From the IMG/VR virus record IMGVR_UViG_3300043414_000372, positions 165,852 to 229,851 of that record: a stretch of DNA of 64,000 nt. One strand, given 5' to 3'. Positions 15,001-20,390 of the stretch are shown piece after piece; positions within the stretch are counted from its first letter, which is position 1; each line of letters begins with the position of its first letter. Below the pieces are notes generated by a model. The model saw only the letters and a program-made list of their open reading frames with translations, ran no database searches and was not told where the DNA came from. This DNA is from a virus. Taxonomy: Duplodnaviria > Caudoviricetes. The translations under genes and the position numbers were made by a program.

Positions 15001-16433
15001 GTGTTGCTTCTATAAAAATTTCTGCTTCCCCATTGTGTACCAAATGAAGCAGTAATTTTTTCAGTTGCGGGTATATTTGACAGTCTAGTTAATTGTATAA
15101 AAGGATTATCAACACTTCCTAATAATGAGATTCTATAAAAAGTTCCTGAAACTGTAGTATAAAATCCTTCTTCATATAAACCTTCATTTATATTTCCGGT
15201 CATTGTACCACTTGCAGTAGTTAAAGTTAATAAAGGAATTCCCCCAGGCTCATTTGATGATCCAGGAATTTCTATAGTAAATTCAGTTGGACTAACGATT
15301 GAGGTTACTGTGTATATACAAGGTCCGCTTGTTGTTGAATACGCAGTTAATCCACCAAATGCTGTTCCAGTAAAAGTTATTGTCTGTCCTTCAATTAAAC
15401 TTGAAGTTGAGTCACATGTTACAGTATTGTTTACTGAACTAGTAGCAGTAGCCGTAATAGTTAATGGAGCAACTAAAACATTATTATTAGTATCATATTC
15501 AGTTTGACTAAAAAATGTCTGTACAAACCCAGTTTCTTCATAAACTCCGGTATTGTAAAACATCACGGTTAAACCATCCAATGCAGTTACGCCGTCTATA
15601 CCACCAATTTCATTTACAAATGCACCGTTAACTTGATTAAAAGGTAGAGTAGAAACAACATCAACGGTATTATTACCAGGAAAATCAAAATCTGCTAATG
15701 CATTCTTTTCGGGTACAGTAAAGGTCACTACACCTTGTGACGCACCGTTGTTTTCAACCCCGTATACATCACGAGTTTGTACATTATGTTGTGTGCTACT
15801 GTAACCAGTTATACCCGGCTCACCCTGTATCCAAAATTGAGTAGCTTGGTTTACTGTAAATGTGTATGTGCCACCACGCAATAATGTTAATGATGGATTG
15901 ATTGATGGTGTTGCATTAGTCTCGGACGAAATCAAATAATAAGTTGATTCATCTTGTATAATATAATTTGATGTATTGTATACAACATTAGCTGCAACCA
16001 CTACCCGCTCTGGCCCTTCGGGCAACCAATAATATTGATTGAAATTAATTATCGGGTCTAAATTAGTAAATGAGTCCCATGAGTAAAATTGACTATTGAA
16101 CAACCTATTGTTGTCTCCGGTAACTCCACCTTCACTTTTTAAGGCGTCAATAATTCCCGGATAGCTTATAAAATCTTTTGCGGTACTTTGATTTTCTTTT
16201 AAGAAAACAACACCCGGATCTAACTGGTAGTCTGTTCTTACTTTAGTTGGTTCAGTAACATAATAATCTTTGGCATTAACTCCATATCCAAACTTACTAC
16301 CTATATAACCCTCAATCCTTTTAGTATTTGGTTGAGCAACTAACTGATCTAGAGTTGCCGCTAAAAACTGAGCGTTGGTTTCGGTTTTAAATATTTCTGG
16401 AAGAAAATTTAATGTTCTAATTCTTGTTGCCAT
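1..16433 (-). CDS. Giant (>5,470 aa, 3'-truncated by window edge) baseplate wedge/structural protein, syntenic with T4 gp7; contains FG-GAP-like and BNR/YCF48-like beta-propeller repeats and repeated small beta modules
   Basis: ATG at 16433 (MATRIRTLNFLPEIFKTETNAQFLAATLDQLV...). The same frame is open and protein-like where I translated it (about 9850 PNAANAFKGANLPQGGIDY; positions 3-60 VFVIHYDTGLSTSLYEGA). It is absent from the ORF track, consistent with no stop inside the window. It follows gp25 and gp6 as gp7 does in T4. The gp7 equivalence rests on synteny only. Confidence 0.85.
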   Translation of the reverse strand, partial: MATRIRTLNFLPEIFKTETNAQFLAATLDQLVAQPNTKRIEGYIGSKFGYGVNAKDYYVTEPTKVRTDYQLDPGVVFLKENQSTAKDFISYPGIIDALKSEGGVTGDNNRLFNSQFYSWDSFTNLDPIINFNQYYWLPEGPERVVVAANVVYNTSNYIIQDESTYYLISSETNATPSINPSLTLLRGGTYTFTVNQATQFWIQGEPGITGYSSTQHNVQTRDVYGVENNGASQGVVTFTVPEKNALADFDFPGNNTVDVVSTLPFNQVNGAFVNEIGGIDGVTALDGLTVMFYNTGVYEETGFVQTFFSQTEYDTNNNVLVAPLTITATATSSVNNTVTCDSTSSLIEGQTITFTGTAFGGLTAYSTTSGPCIYTVTSIVSPTEFTIEIPGSSNEPGGIPLLTLTTASGTMTGNINEGLYEEGFYTTVSGTFYRISLLGSVDNPFIQLTRLSNIPATEKITASFGTQWGSRNFYRSNTGVITLYPYNSAILDVLYYQDGTSPNKVGILNIVDNNLTNNIDVVTDILGKPTYTAPNGVVFTNGLKVLFQGNITPASYDNVEYYVEGVGTAIELIPVTTLVSPGLFSAGEYIPYDTTSFDIGNYDSSLYIPVDPDYITIARNSINRNPWSRSNRWFHIDVINASATYNNNPDLVTLYTQVGNKAKRPIIEFYPNIRLFDAGIVGKDPIDFIDTRTTDAFTDVAGQPNYYPDVAGWTTANATIAAVTGAITSKTATDTYALINQVALSNTIGLHVNDTISFGTSFGGITSGTTYSIASIVDNKITLNDSYGNLVPLSNAGPVSVSTSIYPYSTTITVPTTDLSGLFEVGQYISDSTLSLPGVTFITEITTLGTDTILTVSWYQETVIVPATSIAALVTADTPLSNYGLFDGSRIVFAADTNLEVRNKIYISRFSTIHPDSTPVITLTEADDGVVLANEQTAVYRGYNYIGKDFYFTGYVWIEGQQKTTLNQSPKFDVFDSNNISFGDPDVYVGTSFTGCTLFSYGLGVGANDAVLGFPVRYSSVNNIGDISFDVTLNSATFNYVKGTSSETQKVNTGYVYNYTLNNYYGLTEVRQLGWQTAVSPSAQYQIFEFDWNATIDQTEFICDIAPIVNPTTKWPLIQVYINNIYLPKDQWTFTVTDTTTTIYIPTVNAVETVIQVLILSDQVSTTAYYAPPINLTNNPLNQDLTSANIGDIRGQYQSIFFNNPNTTGEVFGPNNYRDLGNLVPWGNRIIQNSAGLPAVGTFLRNQSHDIFNSLLYNSRQYITFKALLVDTVNNSDYSRMLSPSEMLDLALDQINAPHTNDQPFFWSDMLPSKAPYITNTYSFANSLDVSIYPLSHIYNFATANYNGILVYLIRNGVQTQLVKGVDYTVSTDSPSLTITTDLLPNDQITIKEYNQTYGNYVPNTPTKLGVYPATIPNVTLDTAYNPETYFIVGHDGSFNKLYGSYNSSTNTLTDFRDQVLLEYETRVYNNLKLSETAPAGSYQGVVIPGFFRQTDYTYNEFLEIYSESFLNWVGQNRINYAIQFYNVGNQFSYNYRDSGIKLNNAPIEQGYFRGLYLYFYDTSTPNETPWEMLGLANKPTWWETRYGPAPYTSDNLILWGDLAAGLVWNDGNPYVKPNYVRKGLLDIIPVDSNGDLLSPFDSIVGNYDANLFKRDWMVGDVGPAEFSYRRSSTWPFDLMRILALTKPADFFNLGIDVDNYKYNTEFDQYLVGDRSHLVLSDVPIYGNGTPATSYINWIVDYEKQVGVDATTNITTLLNNLDVRLVYRLAGFSDKNLLKFYVEKSSANSNNSSLLIPDESYAVLLYENQPFDRIIYSGVVVQITENGYKIYGNSQTHAYFTVLVPKFGGSAETITVDNETVSLTSTFYNKTEEIPYGTEFYNIQQVSQFLINYGEYLKSQGMVYEQIENGIPINWQQMVAEFLYWAQTGWSIGSVTTINPAATFLSIDKESRIVQPLTLQQHNFVLNQNLYPIQNNDLSIVRDGTAFTLQPLNTGDAISYGQFNISNIEHGIVFDNTTLFNDTIYNLITGLRQNRIYVRGTKTAEWNGNIDAFGFILNQDNIVEWVKEIKYTAGSIVKYKNKYWTALTIIQAKEIFDERDWKQTSYNEIQKGLLPNSQTRSYESTLYYDINKANLENDADLLSFSLIGYRPRDYMALADLTDITQVNVYQNMIKTKGTPNAANAFKGANLPQGGIDYTIYENWAIKSGEFGGILNNNFIEFRLSQHDLTGNPSIVGLTNGNYTESGVQQEVTLNNVFNYGRPITSPEILPTISSLTPSTLYPTAGYVNFNDVKLASYYYSGLGTGQNSAGTYIPISEFYVRDYAWLASYLGTWQVYTPISLGPVINAKNNLNGTVTITFGQAHNLKRYQPFAIVNFNVAIDNYYLVSAIVDPFNVIINLTLNPQLTNVNGLGIGFKLQSQRVATAPEIENLPLLDNEFNKLKVWVDTNNDGGWAVFRKSLNYQYGKELLKAASQTFGSAVAYTTALGYLIGDSSAGKVYRYAYDNSTDSYLEKQTITEGTSFGSNITYIDDLFVVSEPTGTPTVHIYQLITTALLNTLLPYQTIPAPVGVTNWGSSTALSGDQNWLYISDTGHALVYVYRKSAVTDQYVNVGTLSVAGLTSADGFGYSISTDYYGDTVVVGAPQQDYDVNTQNYGYTYIFSRTVQNFETQTSSQAYVPLLFNLAWTPGNLSTTANTISSNAITLGSVVGLQDGVNGTPIVFTGSPYGGIAANTVYYVKQISGSTITLSLTRNGTVLTLTNSTGTMTATGQTSPLFLTVNGTTLADNLYAVVGSRLNVYSKATPTLNAGDIINVSGTNFVLTQTLTNEETPRVGVQFGTSTTTNRFANEILIGAPFELSSQNYEGAIHRYTNGGERYGTIIGTTACNITSPRTILLNGYAVTLPIGNATAAVNAINSNSITNVTASAVAGKLIISLVDVSLAVAGNKLSLSVLDSAALTEMGVTIYKQTQKIACPHLTGRTQFGTVVKFNSSGSFVASAPVGARYSATTFDFTDDELDNDTVFDNNATQWVDTFTNAGAVYMFDYLSTYNENINAPGKFVYAQSINAQDFDYGSQPHYGTALDFNDNVVTVGTPGFNPNTNPNDTNGQVVTYISNTSDPDWAVYRSSSDIVNIAGVFNVQLFSATTNNTLENLDYIDPLQGKLLGAVAENIDVVSNADPASYNSVGNQAGLVWGADKIGTLWFDTSSTRFMNYHQNDVSYNSQWWGRVFPGSNVVVYSWVASNVVPSQYTGPGVPYSDTNYTIRGVVNPEGLITPVYYFWARNTNIVFNKIGKTLADTTLEYYIGNPQGSGISYLTPLLPNVFGLYNCFSYINAKDTVLHIGYSTSTNDDATHNQYNLIRVNYPDDFLPGIPGSGAAYQNHASVGITEPIGLYNRMLDSMCGVDNAGGVVPDPLLPKAVQTGVLARPRQGFFYNRFGALKNYLQYANVVLSQFPIVELRNPELLDSKNPEIVDDNNNVIFAIGEKYNTKNYWSYINWWAIGYDNNTKSSLQVPIYADLSTLGVPAGTIVTVAANGAGNSETYIYNIDTVGNGTWVRIGLENGTIEFDSVLWDYPSARLGFGDNFFDTTPYDEYPSTETRYIVRALNEQIYTNELLIFRNKSLILLFEYIQSETIESQNYLEWLNKTSFIDVSHTIRELIPLEVYRSDNQLFLEGYLNEVKPYHVVIKEFIFKYTKTDIFEGDITDFDLPAQYNSTIDQFVTPELVYSNPSGDNQYLPTDPIWQTAPYSQWYNNYGVAITGQSGYKLALLDSYLTLNSASCYVDNINGFPVTGTILIGEEQIAYSAKNLATSQLVGLSRGVNNTKITVHFPNDTIRMDLPAVVVLNEGRGYTNPPTVTAYIDTTIYPKPRVPAQLEPIMSLDSVIGVNVINPGEGYVVLPKIKIDPAATISINSSRVNVLTNTIELPTLLLQTGDLVVYTIPTGSTKIDGLLIGQQYYVNVLELSPVPLFALYENYLNAINDHDRIPLITQGSGIQYFSQGAIATSVTSAIPIRENNISLRFDRTTYNTNVLTWQGDSYYGSFYAGTLSNSDKISSSSITLQNTQPPISSVLASAQGAAFEILDVQNEQSITWSSRTRNTVQTYGPTYPTTAYRNVIRINPNQGGAEVAGQIGSTIGFYIGMPIKFVGSTTGTSLVSSNSSSETIYYVKSLVQLPNLSNPSLFEDTGFTISATVNEGVPGAVYSPSTGSTSVTLSTTLTLYVGQETNLAIMTINYDGIRTSTNTTTATNTVTVQLTPTGQDGTTNFYTGLPIFFTGNVFGGIEENQTYYVTSVVDNQTFTMSTSTDPVTFAITETESINDSLTCETTVNLLSINEPIIFSGDVFGNIVAGKTYYVRELFPNNTSFSISESINGSAFPLSNDTGSCVLTSQSKVLQLTTATGSMTLNVGLPISPGQINGQEFTLYETSTQYNGVTGTVSNLLTRSISATLSTVNRICLLSSNTLDNIYENLEFTIDKQVGGLSTATPYTITSDFGTTSVNVSSTTSTGNWLIISTSTNPDSTNILYVGMPLYFSGTSLGGISLGKVYYVYAIDSSPPSGQGRFKISEDINLTYVFSLDNSNGSMTGAGDPYITIADSLLNSSQLASSITVAGPTVVTVSNGTAFPNGTAIKFTTTGTLPTPLTTELTYYVRNRSGNTFNVSYTPTSSLIKTTVAGTGTFNVIQTTVQLTQYVNPANHAEFDVSYILGGYSSIITDPGLGYTINNVITIDGASLGGVTGINDLYLTVSMIDGVIPEGDVSPPVSNGEITTAISSGTPAGATDQYYFKVISESQVGVYSNPNLTIAVSGQNFAFNGITSTAVTSVVDTGNVLNVTSSSSFSVNDPVVFTNVVSATAIRAGQTYQILTLGNTDFTLLGALTNTIGQVFVATTTGSGTGTAIASIYGGIIAGETYYVKTKPSSTSVTISETLGGLPFNITTDITGSMTMAKSGDYALLPEPFFFNPSIVKYNNRVYQCIISNNDTEFIFGKWELLDSGDFRLNALDRIEGYYHPTVNMPGMDMTQLVAGITYPNSTYLGNAFAPADEFTLDAIIQDQPFYVTGLNLKAIVWNGLNYIAGADTNTYSSFNVSVDGLVWTINNLANQPLGITDMLYAGGKYVITTNNNATPILISDNGYNWITNGTFTPYDSTQYDLINFDVSLLSISSLSLNSVAYHNGIYVAVGTNIVTSTDLYSWTERHAFTGVLSNVFNGVTYASTGGFTGFVAVGAGQRLVNGIVVNVAIIFTSTDGYVWSQVPFTSTVYGFNSIAANNQTITAVGNNGIIYTSFNCIDWFVQSSGTTNELNNIIWDDHNNIFVVVGKAGKILTSPTSGGTWTSRTSGTTQTLESVVYNNIDGKYIAVGLNNTILSSTNTITWTSIGTFETPNAFYTIQGDSFEYGYGPEELVPGVVSDTLTMVVSTRPGTNWDDTVYQHVGYNVVSTEIVPTSQNQTNYSFANLVINPAQLAVFVIHYDTGLSTSLYEGA

Positions 16434-16461
16434 CTTTAAAATTCTTTATGTTATATATTAC

Positions 16462-19400
16462 TTATGCTATCTGTAATTCGGCTGGTGTAAGTGCAGCAAT
16501 AACGATTACATCATTAGCAGTTGCTGCATTTGCAAATATCTCGTATGGTAAACATTTAATTTCATACAAATCACCAAATTTCATTGTTGGATCGTTTGGT
16601 ACTAGTACACACGAACTAACATATTCACCAATTTGATTATGTATGTAGGCACTTAATTCACTAAAGTAAAATGTATCGCCAAAATTCCAATTATTAATAC
16701 TAAAATAATTATTCATCTGTGTTAGCACTGCACTACGAATTTCACTATCACTTGCATTAGTTGAAGAATTTTTAATAACTTTTATTGTACCTCGTAATGC
16801 TGCTGCTGCCTTAGCTCCAAACAATGGTTTGAAAACTACACTGTTTACAATTACGCTATCGCTTAACATCTTGAAATCTTGCACTTGACTATATTCTGTT
16901 GTCAACTCACTGATAGTTGGGCGACTAGGAATTGGCACTGTATTAGTGGTGTCTTGTATCCAATTTTGATACTGAGTATAGTAGGCTTGTGTAACTACGT
17001 ACAAATCAATAATATTAGTTGTTGCTGGATCAATACGTGTAGTATTGTTGCTGTTATGACGATATTGAAATTGTAGTCCTTGGCGTCCTGGCTTCATGCT
17101 ATATTGAGGCTGCTCAACTAATGTAAAGTAGGGAGTTGTTATCATTGGATCTTGCACAGTAATATAAAATTTGTTTTCAGAATATGCATAAAATAATTGC
17201 CCCACTGGATACTCATATTTTACAACTTCAATTTGCATTGGGGTGGCGCATTGGTAATTTACCGATGATGAAGATATTAACTGTTCTCTAGTTAAATTAA
17301 TTGCATCTTGAATCTGTTCAAAGAAAGTATATATACCAACATTAGTATTACCGGTTACGTATCCTGTAACTTCATTAAAAAAATCAGGATTTTCTATTAT
17401 TGTTCTGTTGTTAACATCAATGCTAGCAACCTCTACTTCAAAGTCATTTATGTAACCATCACTTTCAACAGTTTGACCAATGATACTTGCTTTTACAGGT
17501 TGTGTTAATGGATAATTAGATCCAGGTTGAGTATTAGTAGCTAGCACGTTTACAAAATCTTGTAAAATTATTCCAGAGAACGGATCATAAACTAATTTAC
17601 CTGCATCATAGGTAAATCTAGTATCTGCTACGCTACCAAAATAATATGCTAGTGAGCGGTAAGTTACCGTGTATCTATTGTATCCAACACTTTCAAAATT
17701 AACAAAATATGCAGAATTATTGTATGCTTCTACTGTCCATCTTTGTTGTGCAATTGTTAATGAATTATTAAACACTAATGAAAAGTTTTGTTGTAAATCT
17801 AATCTAACTGTGCATTCATTGACCACTGCTGCGGGCAAAGTATTATCAAATGCCGGTATAACCACTATTAATTGTGCAGTTGATGGTACGTATCCATTTA
17901 CTGTTATAGGACCGGTGCCATTTGCAAATTGACCTAATCCATTGTTATATCCGTCACCTACTACATTTAACACAGTAGTCCACATGTAAGTTTTATTAGA
18001 TGCGGTAGCGACACCGCTAATCAAACGATTATTAGCATCAAAATAATAGCCGGGAGGGGCGATGAATTTTAACAATGCTCCTTTTGTTATGTATTTTGTG
18101 TTATATGTTGAGTAAGTGCCAACTGGAATTGGAGTATCTGCTAAATTGAGAATATCATAAAAATACCCGGTTGAACTATTAGAATCAACGGTGCTTGATT
18201 GCCAATAGACTTCTGATTCATTTGGATCAGATACCGCCGTTCCTTGTTCAGTGATGACTGGACCGATGCCATATCGAGGATAGTTTTGAATGTAATATTG
18301 CAGAGATCGGTTATCTTCTAATATAGACGCCAAGGTACTATTTAAAAATGTTGTGATATCACTTAAACTGTTTATGGTAAATAGTGTATTGCCTTCTGTG
18401 TTGTCTAACCAAACACCACCGTCATTAGCATAACTATTACTACTACTGTATTTGCCAGTTGGATCAAGTAAATCTAAGTTTTTACTAACACCTACACTAC
18501 TACGATTAATAGCTTTTGATTTGATAATAGAACTATACAATGTGTATGGGAAGTTATTGTAATCTTCTCCATTAACCATGCGATTTTGTGTATAGTAACG
18601 ACTTGGGGCACGTTGTTTAATACTAGCAAGAGATTCACGTACCTGTGCATTTGACACCGGTACTTGCAATGATAAACCAAATGTTAGTGTTTCTAGACGT
18701 CCAACTCTACTTACATAGCTAAAAGAAATTGATAGTCCTTGAATTTCAGTAGGTTGAATTGTATATGTCAATGCATTGCCTGCACGAACATATGCTCTAA
18801 AGTTACCTACTGGAATTTCACTAAATACACCATCACCAAAAATGTAAGTTACTTGGTCGTTGAATCTACTGTTAACTGAAAAGATTTTCTTAACACTGTT
18901 TTCAGTTTGTAGGTATGCGTCAGCATAAATGTTATCAACCTTCTGCCATAACCCAAACGCTCCGTTTGTTTGACTAATTTGATACAACCAAGTATCAGTG
19001 TTATTGATACCTTGAATATCAATGTCAATAGCTTGATTAGCAATTTGTTGTTGTAATACAAAATCAAAATTAGTTAGTGATCCTTGTTTGAAGTAAAAGA
19101 AAAACCCTGTATTTGGACTACCATATCCCAATTTGTCATTGCGATATAACATATTAAATCTGTTAGTAGGTGCAGGTGGAATTTCGTATACATAATCTTC
19201 ACCCACAGTAGATACACTACACAATTCAAAATTCATATTCATTCCGGCAACCGTTGAATTGAACGGTATAACCGGTAAGCTACCAGTTGGAATTTGTAAA
19301 GAATATTCGTCAGTTTTTACACCCAAAATTTGAGCAGTATTGCCTGGCAAACCAACACGTTGAGTATTAATTAGTGCAGCATTGATAATTGTGTTAAATT

Positions 19401-19863
19401 GTTCTAACCAATTTGGGTTAGCAGGGTCATTCCACAGTATAGGAATATTACTTAAATTAAATCCATTTAAATCTGAAACGTTTTGAGTAGTCTGAATACT
19501 CGTAACTTTCAAGTAACCCTGAGATTCTAAATTACGCTTAGGGGTGTAACTAACTAAGTTAGCTAATTTGATAACACTATCCCTACGTTCAGCAGTATCA
19601 ATGAAATTTTCTCGGGAATTTAAATCGTTGCGGAAAGCAAGACCTTGTCCCATGAAAGCCATAACGTCAAGCAATGCAATAAATTCTGAACTTTCAATGT
19701 AGTCATTGAAGGTTTCAGGGTAGTATTGGCGCAAATAATCTATAAAACTTTTGCGTAAGGTCTCATAATCATAGCTTCTAAAGTCGGCTTGATTGAACGT
19801 TTGGTAAATGGCTTTCCAGTCATTTACCCCAAATAATGCTGATTGTCTTGAACTTGTAGCCAT
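16462..19863 (-). CDS. gp6: Baseplate wedge subunit, T4 gp6-like (baseplate J-like)
   Basis: N-terminal DYETLRKSFIDYLR...SSEFIALLDVMAF...FIDTAERRDSVIKLANLVSYTP motif and internal RYYTQNRMVNGEDY motif, both typical of gp6. Adjacent to gp25. Confidence 0.85.
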   Translation of the reverse strand: MATSSRQSALFGVNDWKAIYQTFNQADFRSYDYETLRKSFIDYLRQYYPETFNDYIESSEFIALLDVMAFMGQGLAFRNDLNSRENFIDTAERRDSVIKLANLVSYTPKRNLESQGYLKVTSIQTTQNVSDLNGFNLSNIPILWNDPANPNWLEQFNTIINAALINTQRVGLPGNTAQILGVKTDEYSLQIPTGSLPVIPFNSTVAGMNMNFELCSVSTVGEDYVYEIPPAPTNRFNMLYRNDKLGYGSPNTGFFFYFKQGSLTNFDFVLQQQIANQAIDIDIQGINNTDTWLYQISQTNGAFGLWQKVDNIYADAYLQTENSVKKIFSVNSRFNDQVTYIFGDGVFSEIPVGNFRAYVRAGNALTYTIQPTEIQGLSISFSYVSRVGRLETLTFGLSLQVPVSNAQVRESLASIKQRAPSRYYTQNRMVNGEDYNNFPYTLYSSIIKSKAINRSSVGVSKNLDLLDPTGKYSSSNSYANDGGVWLDNTEGNTLFTINSLSDITTFLNSTLASILEDNRSLQYYIQNYPRYGIGPVITEQGTAVSDPNESEVYWQSSTVDSNSSTGYFYDILNLADTPIPVGTYSTYNTKYITKGALLKFIAPPGYYFDANNRLISGVATASNKTYMWTTVLNVVGDGYNNGLGQFANGTGPITVNGYVPSTAQLIVVIPAFDNTLPAAVVNECTVRLDLQQNFSLVFNNSLTIAQQRWTVEAYNNSAYFVNFESVGYNRYTVTYRSLAYYFGSVADTRFTYDAGKLVYDPFSGIILQDFVNVLATNTQPGSNYPLTQPVKASIIGQTVESDGYINDFEVEVASIDVNNRTIIENPDFFNEVTGYVTGNTNVGIYTFFEQIQDAINLTREQLISSSSVNYQCATPMQIEVVKYEYPVGQLFYAYSENKFYITVQDPMITTPYFTLVEQPQYSMKPGRQGLQFQYRHNSNNTTRIDPATTNIIDLYVVTQAYYTQYQNWIQDTTNTVPIPSRPTISELTTEYSQVQDFKMLSDSVIVNSVVFKPLFGAKAAAALRGTIKVIKNSSTNASDSEIRSAVLTQMNNYFSINNWNFGDTFYFSELSAYIHNQIGEYVSSCVLVPNDPTMKFGDLYEIKCLPYEIFANAATANDVIVIAALTPAELQIA

Positions 19864-19915
19864 AGTTATTCTCTTTTAAGTATTTATCATACCTGAGAAC
19901 CTGGGTTTTTTAGCG

Positions 19916-20365
19916 TTATTGCAAAACTGCTTGATTTGTTGCACTGCTGAAGAAAACACTCAACAAATTTGCTTGATTAAACGGAGAAACTGCTAATTCA
20001 ATTTCTAACAATATTCCGTTTTCTTGTGGATATGCCCGTACTAAATTTATTATTAATCTAGGGTCTTGACTAGCTACCCTACGTATTTCATTTTCTAATT
20101 GAAATTGAACGTCTGCTGTATTTGGCTCAAACACAAAACTCCAAAGAGTAGTTCCGTAACTTGGTTGACCTACTTTTTGCCCTTGCGGGATATTTAATGC
20201 ATTAATAAAATCACGCACAACCAACGGTGTGTCAGCTAATGAAAATTTGTTTCCAGTAATGACACCGGCAATGGTTGAACCAACCCCGCCCTGAGGAGCA
20301 GCAGGTAAATTAGTAGACTTGGGTTTATTTGCGTTTTGTGTACTGAATCCGATATATGATGGCAT
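19916..20365 (-). CDS. gp25: Baseplate wedge subunit gp25-like (GPW/gp25 family)
   Basis: LVVRDFINALNIPQGQKVGQPSYGTTLWSFVFEP...EIRRVASQDPR matches the gp25 pattern (GE+.g.P.fG..l...lFEP...DPR). 149 aa. Confidence 0.88.
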   Translation of the reverse strand: MPSYIGFSTQNANKPKSTNLPAAPQGGVGSTIAGVITGNKFSLADTPLVVRDFINALNIPQGQKVGQPSYGTTLWSFVFEPNTADVQFQLENEIRRVASQDPRLIINLVRAYPQENGILLEIELAVSPFNQANLLSVFFSSATNQAVLQ

Positions 20366-20381
20366 AATTTATCCTATACTA

Positions 20382-20389
20382 TATTTATA
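20382..20389 (-). promoter_or_regulatory. T4-type late promoter TATAAATA upstream of gp25
   Basis: Exact consensus on the - strand, 16 nt before the ATG. Similar boxes: GATAAATA before gp6, CATAAGTA before the giant gene, ACTAAATA at 30354-61 before the gp48-like gene. Confidence 0.7.
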
Positions 20390-20390
20390 G

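Noticed and set aside
736-16636. About 20 short ORFs in the track (e.g. 736-1143, 2809-3156, 6122-6403, 12428-12625)
   Set aside because: They lie antisense or out of frame to the giant minus-strand gene and have no independent promoter, SD or recognisable motifs.
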